Positions 9,872 to 18,008 of a stretch of 28,193 bases of DNA are shown one piece after another (positions within the stretch are counted from its first letter, which is position 1; each line of letters opens with the position of its first letter). The notes below the pieces were generated by a model that searched no databases, was not told the DNA's origin, and saw only the letters and a list, made by a program, of their open reading frames with translations. Made by a program: the position numbers and the translations under genes. The DNA is from Promethearchaeota archaeon. Lineage in GTDB: Archaea > Asgardarchaeota > Lokiarchaeia > Sigyniarchaeales > SOKP01. The DNA lies in NCBI GenBank assembly GCA_019058365.1, contig JAHPZE010000042.1, positions 1 through 28,193 on the forward strand, in the 5' to 3' direction.

Positions 9872-9888
9872 ACTTTTTTTTATTTAAT

Positions 9889-12297
9889 TCAAATAAAGCA
9901 CGATATATCTTTTTGAAGAGATTTCTTATTATAATCTAATGTCAGCAATTCCTCAAGCTCAGGGAATTTAAAAGGAAAAATATTTTCAAACGCTCTTTTT
10001 AGTAGGTCAACATATTTTTTTCTGTCGTATTCATGCTTTTTCTCATCGTATAAATCTGAAAGTATAACTTTTTTTTCAGGGAAATTCGGATCTGCTTCAG
10101 AATTAAGGATAATATATCTCACGTTCTTCCCTGCAGACGCTATTACACCAGATCGTTCTAATTGCCTAGCAGCAACCGCTTGAAAGCTGTTAACTTTATA
10201 TTGATTTGGTCTACGAGATATTCTTTGGCGAATCGTAAGTTCTTCTCTCGTTGTTTTTCCGGAATAAACTCTTTCTGCATATTCATAGAGTTTTTTCTTT
10301 GCTTTTGGAATTCTTTCAATAAACTCATTAACGGTCATTGCTCCTTGAAAAATATCAATGAATGCATATTGAGCATCTTTTACTATTTTTGGCATATCTC
10401 TCCGTCTCACTTCAATACCTCTCACTTTCACTTCACCATTGCTTTTGATACCCCAATAATGGCTAAGTGCAGGAACATCTGGTTCTGCTCGAGAAGGCAA
10501 AAAAACGATACTATTGAACCTACCATCCCAACTCATAGGAATACCAGTACTTTCGGAGATTTCCTCGGCAATTTTCTTTGTTAACTCTTCAAACTCTTTT
10601 GATGTTCTTCCTTTCGTGTCTTGGAGCCACATTGAATCGACAATTCCGTGAATAACTTTACAATCATAATTTTTGGCAATCTCAGCGGATCTCAATAGAA
10701 ATTCACGAGCAAAAGCACAAACTGTTTGATGAGCCTCAATTTTGCCAAAACGAGCATTTTTGAATCCTAAATATCCAAAACTTACAACAAGTACCCATTT
10801 TAATGCAATATCAGTGAATTTGTACCGAAGATCATTATGGGTTTTATTGTATTCTTTATACTTAAGACGCTTTCTTAGTGGCAGGCTAATTGATTTTGAT
10901 ATGATTCCTTCTCTTTTTGTACATATATGGAAATTTGTGCCAGGCACTTTGATTCCTGTTCCATCATCCTTACAACAATTACAATTAATCGTTTCCGATG
11001 AAATATTGAAGTTGGCCATTAGAGAGGGGTACATGCTTGAAAAGTCTAATTCTACAACTTGATCGAAGATTCCAATTAAGGGTTCGAATATATGTCCTCC
11101 TCGATCATTTATGATTAAATTCATACCGCTTCGAAAATCTTCTGGGCTCTTCTTGAAAGGTGGGATAAGATGATCTAGTTTATATGCATTATAATATTGA
11201 ATAGATTGAAGAGCACCTCCTATTGTTACTCTACATAATCTTTGCATCGGTACCCGAGAGATTCTCGCGACTTCAATAACACCAGGTATATTTCCCTCAC
11301 TAAAGTGCAAACTCCCGTAAGTAGTCGTGTCTAAATGAAAACGTCCCGTAAAGTAAACTTGTGTTTTGGAACGTCGCATTATAATCCCATAAGACATATA
11401 ATGATCTGAGTTTCCTGAAAGATTAAAGATGCAATTTCTAAGTGGCGTTCTAGTGCGAGAAAAATATAGATCATTGGATACTCGATTCACTGATGCTCGA
11501 GCAGCTAAGTAAGGAAATACAAATTCATCTCCACCTTGAGTTAATATAATGTCAGGATCCAATTGTTCAATCACCTTACTAATTGTTTTGATAGTTTCAG
11601 CTTCATCAGCTTTATCGATCAGAATCTTTCTTTTTCTTTGTCCATCTGCCCTCGGAATGTTGGCTTTCTCATCTTTTTCAACAATACTAATTTCAGCATA
11701 TAGCAGAGGATCATTGTAATATGATCTCATCCCACGCTGCTGTATTTTAATGTCCAACCATACAGCTTTTAGAGGAGGAAGATCATAAAATAATTCTTCG
11801 TTGTCATCCTTTATTTCTAATGATATTAAACGCATCAAGTGTCCGTTAGCTTTTTTCTTCTTTTCAAGTTTGATCTTAAAACCACATAAAGACATTGGAA
11901 ACAAGTCATTTTCATAAAAATACATCTGAGAGATTGGAAGATCGGTGTTATACAAAGTAAAAAGACCAATTTCATCAATTTCTTTAATTGTCTTCTTAAA
12001 AACTAAAGGTTTTACTACAGAAACTCCAAATATTTTTGCTTTTTCATGGTCCTCTAACTTCACATATTTTTCACAGATTCTTACACTTTTTATATTATGA
12101 TGGGATTTGAGAATCTGTTTTAATCTCTTGAAATCTTTACCAACATGTCGTTTTGGCACAGCAAAAAATTCGGGGTGGAAATCATGGAAAATTTTTACAA
12201 CCTTTTGCTCTTTTACTGTTTTCACCCAAAGAATTACTCCATTCCTATAAGTAGAAACATCTAAAAGCCAGCCGTCAAATTGATCTCGAAAATCCAC
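9889..12297 (-). CDS. polB2: Family B DNA polymerase, PolB2 (Dpo2) group
   Basis: Motif A ELDFSSMYPS, motif B KWVLVVSFGYLG, motif C HGIVDS in place of YGDTDS, KVRGIEVRRRD. No recognisable exonuclease DxE motif. Cys insert NCNCC...HIC and C-terminal PIP-like QKDISCFI. GTG start. Confidence 0.92.
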   Translation of the reverse strand: MDFRDQFDGWLLDVSTYRNGVILWVKTVKEQKVVKIFHDFHPEFFAVPKRHVGKDFKRLKQILKSHHNIKSVRICEKYVKLEDHEKAKIFGVSVVKPLVFKKTIKEIDEIGLFTLYNTDLPISQMYFYENDLFPMSLCGFKIKLEKKKKANGHLMRLISLEIKDDNEELFYDLPPLKAVWLDIKIQQRGMRSYYNDPLLYAEISIVEKDEKANIPRADGQRKRKILIDKADEAETIKTISKVIEQLDPDIILTQGGDEFVFPYLAARASVNRVSNDLYFSRTRTPLRNCIFNLSGNSDHYMSYGIIMRRSKTQVYFTGRFHLDTTTYGSLHFSEGNIPGVIEVARISRVPMQRLCRVTIGGALQSIQYYNAYKLDHLIPPFKKSPEDFRSGMNLIINDRGGHIFEPLIGIFDQVVELDFSSMYPSLMANFNISSETINCNCCKDDGTGIKVPGTNFHICTKREGIISKSISLPLRKRLKYKEYNKTHNDLRYKFTDIALKWVLVVSFGYLGFKNARFGKIEAHQTVCAFAREFLLRSAEIAKNYDCKVIHGIVDSMWLQDTKGRTSKEFEELTKKIAEEISESTGIPMSWDGRFNSIVFLPSRAEPDVPALSHYWGIKSNGEVKVRGIEVRRRDMPKIVKDAQYAFIDIFQGAMTVNEFIERIPKAKKKLYEYAERVYSGKTTREELTIRQRISRRPNQYKVNSFQAVAARQLERSGVIASAGKNVRYIILNSEADPNFPEKKVILSDLYDEKKHEYDRKKYVDLLKRAFENIFPFKFPELEELLTLDYNKKSLQKDISCFI

Positions 12298-12300
12298 GCT

Positions 12301-12573
12301 CTAACCTTTCCCTTTTATCATTTCTTCTAATTTTTTTACCTTCTCTTCTAACGCTTCGATTTTTTTTTCTTGTTCAACTGCAAAGGAGATGAATAATACT
12401 TCTGATAGCATTGGACGAGCACTCATGCTACCAGCATCTGCGTGTATTCGAGCAAAATTCATCAATTTATCAAATATCTTCTGTTCTTCAGGACGCAATG
12501 CCCTTTTGAAGTCCTTCCAGCTTTCGATTTCATGCTCCAATGCAGGTCTAAAAGAAGGTACAGTTCTACCCAT
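12301..12573 (-). CDS. Small alpha-helical PolB2-associated protein (arCOG07300-like)
   Basis: MGRTVPSFR.ALE.EI..W..F.RALR.EE..IFD.LM..AR.HA pattern with a C-terminal coiled coil. Ends 3 nt before the polB2 start. Confidence 0.85.
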   Translation of the reverse strand: MGRTVPSFRPALEHEIESWKDFKRALRPEEQKIFDKLMNFARIHADAGSMSARPMLSEVLFISFAVEQEKKIEALEEKVKKLEEMIKGKG

Positions 12574-12757
12574 TATTTCACATCCGATTCTGTTAGAATC
12601 CCAGAAAGTAAGTATTTCGGCACATTAAAAGGAGAATACATTACAAATTTTCTAATTTCTGAGACGTTCGATTTCATTTGATTTATTCATTCTAAATAAA
12701 TACAATCCTTAATTATTATTTCTAATAATTGTATTGAACAATAAAAGCGGGATATTA

Positions 12758-13729
12758 ATGAGTTATAAAATCATTGATTCTCTTTGTTATGTTCCTACTG
12801 AAGAAGTGTTTATAGATCTTTTAATCTCTTTACCTCCGCAAATGGCAAGATATCTTAAAGATATTTTTGGCCCAAGAGTAGCTCCTATCTTAGGTATTAC
12901 ACCAGAAGAACTTTATAAAATGAAATCAACTCTTAATACATCTGAACTTAAAGAAGCAATTAAACCACTTTTACCTAAAATAAAGAAATTAACAATGTCT
13001 ATTGAAGATTTTGTTGAAAAACTCAATGAAATGGGAGTAGAAAAAGCAATAATCTTCAATTTAGATGAAGAAACTCCTAGTGGTATTGCTGGACTTCCAA
13101 ATGATTACTATGCAAAAATTGTAAATCAATTTCCTGATAAATTCATAGGGATTGCTGGGATTGATCCCTTGAAAAAAAAGAAGGTTGTTCAAGAAATTCA
13201 GAGATCATATGAGATAGGTCTTAGAGGAATTGCAATTAGACCTTTTATGTTTCAGATACGACCAACTGATAAAAAAATGTATCCGATTTATTCTACTTGT
13301 GTGGAATTAGATATTCCCATATGGTTTCATATGTCCATTAATTATTCAACAAATACTATGGAAGTTGAACGCCCAATTTATCTTGATGTTGTTGCTCAGA
13401 AATTTCCTGAATTAAAGATAATCGCTGGACATGGAGGATGGCCTTGGGTAAATGAAATGGTTGCTGTTGCGTGGCGTAATCCCAATATTTATATTGATAT
13501 TGCTTCTTATTTACCTAAATACCTAGGTATGCAAGGAACAGGATGGGAACCTCTAATGCATTATGGAAATACGGTTTTGCAAGATAAGATCCTTTTTGGC
13601 TCCACTTGGCTCTTTATGGGATTATCAATAAAACAACTTGCAGATGAAGTCAAAAAACTTCCCTTAAAGGAAAAAGTAAAGGAAAAATGGCTCTACAGTA
13701 ATGCAGTTAGATTTTTTAATATAAAGTAA
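12758..13729 (+). CDS. Amidohydrolase-2 family TIM-barrel protein with a non-canonical metal site
   Basis: PNDYYAKIV..FPDKFIGIAGIDP, IPIWFH, PELKIIAGHGGWPW, NIYIDIAS, DKILFGST, EKWLYSNA. ATG 12758 preferred over TTG 12734. Confidence 0.88.
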   Translation: MSYKIIDSLCYVPTEEVFIDLLISLPPQMARYLKDIFGPRVAPILGITPEELYKMKSTLNTSELKEAIKPLLPKIKKLTMSIEDFVEKLNEMGVEKAIIFNLDEETPSGIAGLPNDYYAKIVNQFPDKFIGIAGIDPLKKKKVVQEIQRSYEIGLRGIAIRPFMFQIRPTDKKMYPIYSTCVELDIPIWFHMSINYSTNTMEVERPIYLDVVAQKFPELKIIAGHGGWPWVNEMVAVAWRNPNIYIDIASYLPKYLGMQGTGWEPLMHYGNTVLQDKILFGSTWLFMGLSIKQLADEVKKLPLKEKVKEKWLYSNAVRFFNIK

Positions 13730-13744
13730 ATATAATTGTATGGA

Positions 13745-13885
13745 TTATTTTTCATTATCGGTACATTCTGGACATATTATCTCATCAAAATCTTCTAAAT
13801 CACTCCTCCAAACATATATTCTACCATTACCTTCGCAAAATTTACATTTTTTTACATCTCCCTTAGGATACAAAAAATAACTCAT
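13745..13885 (-). CDS. 46-aa zinc-finger microprotein, CxxCxGxG...CPxC (not in ORF track)
   Basis: MSYFLYPKGDVKKCKFCEGNGRIYVWRSDLEDFDEIICPECTDNEK*. AGGTGA RBS on the minus strand just upstream of the ATG. Confidence 0.8.
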   Translation of the reverse strand: MSYFLYPKGDVKKCKFCEGNGRIYVWRSDLEDFDEIICPECTDNEK

Positions 13886-14105
13886 TTTTAATATCACCTA
13901 CTTTGGGAAGAAATTATTTGATTATATTAATTTCATATAATTTGAAACTTAGGAACTCAAAGAATATATTAATAATTTATCTATTTAAATGTTTTGAAAA
14001 AGACTGAAATCTGAAAACAAATCAAATCAAATTGTAAAAGAAAAATTAAATAATTCTTATGCTTTTTAATCCAATGTTAACACTACTTATGAACGGGAAT
14101 TAAAT

Positions 14106-14411
14106 ATGACTGAAGATTTAAAAAATTGGCAGACTCCTTGTGGAATTTATTGTAAAAGATGCCCTGGTGTAGAATCTATTGGATGTAAAGGATGCCGAGA
14201 ATTAAAAAGTCAATTTCTTAAGTTTCCAGTTTTTAAGACTTATAAATATACCACGGGTAAAGGATACGAATTTTGCTATGAATGTGCTGATTTCCCTTGC
14301 GAAATGTTGCAACCAATTGTAAATTTTGAAATCTTTAAACCTCATAATTCTAAAGTGTTAAATTTTGTTATGATATAAAAGTTAGGATTAAAGGAATGGC
14401 ACTATCACTGA
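14106..14411 (+). pseudogene. Degenerate DUF3795-like Cys-rich protein
   Basis: PCGIYCKRC..CKGC...FCYECADFPC pattern. The central Cys positions read F and Y (TTT, TAT). TAA at 14376-14378 is followed in frame by KLGLKEW, which resembles the family C-terminus. Confidence 0.6.
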
Positions 14412-14449
14412 TCATAGAAAAAAGAAATTTAAATGCGATATCAAAAAAA

Positions 14450-14761
14450 CTAAGTTCCTCCTGCTTTCTTCTCTGCTTTCTCAGCTTTATCCTCAGCTCT
14501 CTTCTCTGCTTTCTCAGCTTTCTCAGCTTTCTCTTCTGCTCTCTTCTCTGCTTTCTCAGCTTTATCCTCAGCTCTCATCTCAGTTCTCCTCTCAGTTCTC
14601 CCAGTCTTCTCCTCTTTTTCATGTTTTGAATAATCTTCGTTTGTTGCTTGTCTCACTGCATTGGCTCCGCATTTCTCACAATATTCCGTTTGTGTTGTCG
14701 AAAAATTACCACATTCACCACAGATAAATTTAAAAGTTTTTTTAAAAACCTTCATATCCAT
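14450..14761 (-). CDS. Zinc-ribbon protein with a charged (K/R)AE low-complexity tail
   Basis: CGECG...YCEKCG followed by RAEDKAEKAEKRAEEKAEKAEKAEKRAEDKAEKAEKK. Confidence 0.78.
   Translation of the reverse strand: MDMKVFKKTFKFICGECGNFSTTQTEYCEKCGANAVRQATNEDYSKHEKEEKTGRTERRTEMRAEDKAEKAEKRAEEKAEKAEKAEKRAEDKAEKAEKKAGGT
14461..14600. repeat. Intragenic 9/12-bp tandem repeats with an exact 35-bp duplication
   Basis: Units such as TTTCTCAGC. TCTTCTCTGCTTTCTCAGCTTTATCCTCAGCTCTC occurs at 14467-14501 and 14542-14576. Confidence 0.9.
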
Positions 14762-15131
14762 AATTCTTCACATCTATGAAAATCCTTTTTTTTTTATAAA
14801 TTATATGACAATATTTCGCATTACTTAAAAGCTATTCACATTTAAATATTGAATTATTTCGATTTTAAAGCAGATATTAATAACTTGATAAGCCGTAAAG
14901 TATAAAATGATAAGGAAGACTCGGGATTTTAGATTATTAATAAAGTTATTCTATATTTCTTAAAATATAATCTTTCATGTTGAAAGAAATTCATATTTCT
15001 ATATCATGGCGGAATTAAATATTACTCTTAATTTTATCGGTGTATGTATCTTTGCTGATTTCGAAAACCGTATTAAACATAGTTTTCAGGACACCGTAGA
15101 TAAATTTTGAAAAAGCCTTTTGATGATATAT

Positions 15132-15932
15132 CTAAAACCAGTAATCTATCGTCGCATTCTTTAAAGGAACTTTTTTCTTAGGTGTACGGGTTTTCCACTT
15201 TCGCAACCTATTTTCAGGTAAGTAAGGGTGTTGTACTAAAACATATTCATCAAATCTTTCATCGTCATTTATCATCACTAATACATTTCCAAAATGAGAA
15301 AGAATTTTTCCACCTTTCGGTCTGAAAAGAGAATGTTCGTGTAAAGATGTTGTAATAATAATGAGAGGTCTTGTTTTACAGAGTATTTGTTTGATTCCAT
15401 CTATTGTTCTTAGTAGATCTTCGAAAGTCTGCTTTTCATAGCCCTCAAACATTGTTGTAATCCCTGAGATTAATACAACTTTCACATCTTCAAGCATGCA
15501 AAGCCTGTTCTCCAAAATTTCAACCATTTGATCCCAAGTAAACGCTCGTGAAATAAGAATGTTTTCTAATACTTTCCGAGGAGATAAATTCTGTGAAACC
15601 GCAAACTTGCTTACATTATAGGGGTTAAACCGATTGTTTCCATCGATGAAGGCAACCCTAATACTTTCTCCAAATCCTCCATTATTAAAAGCTTTTTGGG
15701 CAATAACCGCTGTTGTTAGCAAAATATTGGTTGTTAACTTCTTATCTCCATAGAGTAAATACACTAAATCTCTGTGAAATCCTCCAGAAAGCAACTTGTC
15801 TAACGTGTGATCCCCACTTGAAATGAATGGTAAGTGATTGTTTCTTTTAAACACCTTAAATCCATCATCATAAGAGCGTAACGATTCTTCGAACGTCATT
15901 ATATGGAGTAAGGATTCTTCAAAATAAAACAA
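15132..15932 (-). CDS. RadA/Rad51-like protein with a degenerate Walker A (inactivated, PolB2-associated type)
   Basis: ISSGDHTLDKLLSGGF, then LLYGDKKLTTN where the P-loop should be (no GKT), then AFIDGNNRFNP and LENILISRAFT. C-terminal NATIDYWF. Start is TTG 15932 or ATG 15899. Confidence 0.85.
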   Translation of the reverse strand: MFYFEESLLHIMTFEESLRSYDDGFKVFKRNNHLPFISSGDHTLDKLLSGGFHRDLVYLLYGDKKLTTNILLTTAVIAQKAFNNGGFGESIRVAFIDGNNRFNPYNVSKFAVSQNLSPRKVLENILISRAFTWDQMVEILENRLCMLEDVKVVLISGITTMFEGYEKQTFEDLLRTIDGIKQILCKTRPLIIITTSLHEHSLFRPKGGKILSHFGNVLVMINDDERFDEYVLVQHPYLPENRLRKWKTRTPKKKVPLKNATIDYWF

Positions 15933-16080
15933 AGATACACCGACAATTTTCTAAAATACATGCAATTTCCCATGGTTTAGAAATATCATTTCTATTTTCA
16001 AGAAAAAGTGTTCTTTTAAAAGAAACATTGTTTCATGGAGACAGGGAGGGGAGATTAAAAGTAAAAATAAAGTTTAATAA

Positions 16081-16142
16081 ATTTCTAAATATGTTTAGGG
16101 AGCGCCAAAATTGAGAAAATTTATTTGTCCATATTTAGAAAT
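16081..16142. promoter_or_regulatory. Perfect 13-bp inverted repeat in the divergent radA-like/fadD intergenic region
   Basis: ATTTCTAAATATG (16081-16093) and CATATTTAGAAAT (16130-16142). A further palindrome TAGAAAT-ATC-ATTTCTA lies at 15978-15994. Confidence 0.5.
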
Positions 16143-16241
16143 ACGGAGGATAACTAAAATCAAACTTTATAACAAGTGTTACAAAATAATTTATTATCAA
16201 TTATTTAAATTATAAAAATTAAAAAAAACCAATGTATTAAC

Positions 16242-17957
16242 ATGTCAAAAATTTATAAAGATAGGTTTTGGATGGCAAACTGGGATTCGCATATTAAAGA
16301 TCTGAATCCCCAAGAGTTTGAAACTTCATTTACTGAAACGATAAGAAGAACTTTTAAAGAACTCCCTGATAAGTTAGCTTTTGCTTTTTATGGGACAGAA
16401 ATTACATATGGAGAATTGGATAAATTATCTAATGAATTTGCTCATATGCTTATTGAAAATGGAATGAAAAAAGGAGACGTTCTGGGAATAAATGTTGCTA
16501 ATATTCCTGAATATATAATTGGTATTTTGGGAGCAATGAAGGTGGGAGTTATTGTTTCTGGTGTTTCACCACTCCTCTCAGCTGTTCAAATACAATATCA
16601 ATTAAATGATTTGGGATCTAGTGGAAAGCAGGTTGCACTTCTCACTTTAGATGCAATTTTTGAGGGCCATATTACAAAAATTTATACAAAGCTTCCTTCG
16701 GTAAAATTAATAATTACTACAAGTGTGGGTGGCTTTATGCCAAAAATGTTAGCTAAGTTGGGAAGACTGGCAGGAAAAATCCCAAAAGGAAAAGTAACTC
16801 CGTTAGAAGGAAAAATAGTTCTTGAATATCATAAAAGCATTAAAGGAAAGTATTCTGATGAACTTCCCAAAGTTAAAATAACTCCAGATGATGTTATATT
16901 TATTCAATATACAGGAGGAACAACCGGTCCTCCAAAAGGGGCAATGTTGAGCCATAGAAATTTCGTTGCTGATATAAAAATATTCCAGCACTGGCTTAGT
17001 TGGGAATTTGGAGCGGGCTTTGCATTATCAGGATTTCCATTCTTCCATATAGCAGGATTATTTACTTGCTCGAATGTAATAATGTTAGGTTGGAGTCAGA
17101 TTTTAATACCAAATCCAAGAGATACTACCCATATGATAAAAGAAATGTTAAAATATAGACCCACAGTCTTGGCAAACGTACCTACATTGTATCAACTGAT
17201 AATAAAGGACCCTAAATTCAAAAAAATTGATAAAGATATGATTAACTATGCAATTTCGGCTGCAGCTCCATTTCCAAAAGAATCACAGGAGATATTTGAA
17301 GAAGTTATTGGCAAGGGAAAGATAATAGAGTTATATGGAATGACTGAAACTTCACCATTAACAGTGGGTAATCCTTCAAGGGGAAAGAAGAAATTGGGAC
17401 ATATTGGTTTACCCTTCCCTAATGTGGATTTCAAATTAGTGGACCCAGAGACAGAAAAAGTAGTACCTATAGGTGAAGCAGGAGAAATCTGTGTAAAAGG
17501 CCCAATGGTTATGGAAGGTTATCACAATAAACCAGAAGAAACGAAAAAAGCTATTGATTCTGATGGGTTCATGCATACTGGAGATGTTGGAATAATGGAT
17601 GAAGAAGGTTATGTAAGAATCGCCGATCGAACCAAAGATATGATTATTGTAGGAGGATTTAAGGTTTTTTCTGCAAAATTAGAAGATACTTTAACTAAAC
17701 ACCCTGCTATTGAGATGGTAGCTACTATTGGTGTGCCAAACCCAGATAGACCCGGTTCTGAACTTGTGAAAGCCATTATACAAATAGCACCTGATTATAA
17801 ATATGATGGAGATGAGGAAGCATTAAGGGAAAAAATAACTGCATTTGCAAAAGAAAATTGCTCTCCATATGAAGTCCCAAAAATCATTGAATTTACTGAT
17901 GAGCTTCCACTAACCGTTGTAGGAAAAGTTGATAAGAAATTATTGAGAAAAAATTAG
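16242..17957 (+). CDS. fadD: Long-chain acyl-CoA synthetase, copy 2
   Basis: QYTGGTTGPPKG, ELYGMTETSP, MHTGD, DRTKDMI, LPLTVVGK. Confidence 0.92.
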   Translation: MSKIYKDRFWMANWDSHIKDLNPQEFETSFTETIRRTFKELPDKLAFAFYGTEITYGELDKLSNEFAHMLIENGMKKGDVLGINVANIPEYIIGILGAMKVGVIVSGVSPLLSAVQIQYQLNDLGSSGKQVALLTLDAIFEGHITKIYTKLPSVKLIITTSVGGFMPKMLAKLGRLAGKIPKGKVTPLEGKIVLEYHKSIKGKYSDELPKVKITPDDVIFIQYTGGTTGPPKGAMLSHRNFVADIKIFQHWLSWEFGAGFALSGFPFFHIAGLFTCSNVIMLGWSQILIPNPRDTTHMIKEMLKYRPTVLANVPTLYQLIIKDPKFKKIDKDMINYAISAAAPFPKESQEIFEEVIGKGKIIELYGMTETSPLTVGNPSRGKKKLGHIGLPFPNVDFKLVDPETEKVVPIGEAGEICVKGPMVMEGYHNKPEETKKAIDSDGFMHTGDVGIMDEEGYVRIADRTKDMIIVGGFKVFSAKLEDTLTKHPAIEMVATIGVPNPDRPGSELVKAIIQIAPDYKYDGDEEALREKITAFAKENCSPYEVPKIIEFTDELPLTVVGKVDKKLLRKN

Positions 17958-18008
17958 TAAGTTAAAGAAATTACTATCTTTAATTTTATTTTTTATTTTA
18001 ATATTTTT

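Noticed and set aside
9889-12297. PolB as a marker of a casposon, virus or other mobile element
   Set aside because: The motifs are those of cellular PolB2 with its usual partner genes. No integrase, Cas1, capsid gene or terminal repeats were seen.
9341-14378. Two in-frame TAA codons suggesting stop-codon reassignment
   Set aside because: TAA correctly terminates most conserved genes here (livH, livF, fadD copy 1, psmA), so isolated lesions are the simpler explanation.
14396-14629. 77-aa Leu/Ser/Phe/Cys-rich ORF on the + strand
   Set aside because: Antisense shadow of the KAE repeat tract in the zinc-ribbon gene.
15007-15111. 34-aa + strand ORF (MAELNITLNF...)
   Set aside because: No clear RBS or motif, and the length is compatible with chance.
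15031-15950. Imperfect inverted repeats (TCGGTGTAT) flanking the radA-like gene, with CGGTGTATC also at about 7065
   Set aside because: Short, imperfect and found post hoc. No target-site duplication or transposase, and the upstream copy may simply be the GGTG RBS for the TTG start.
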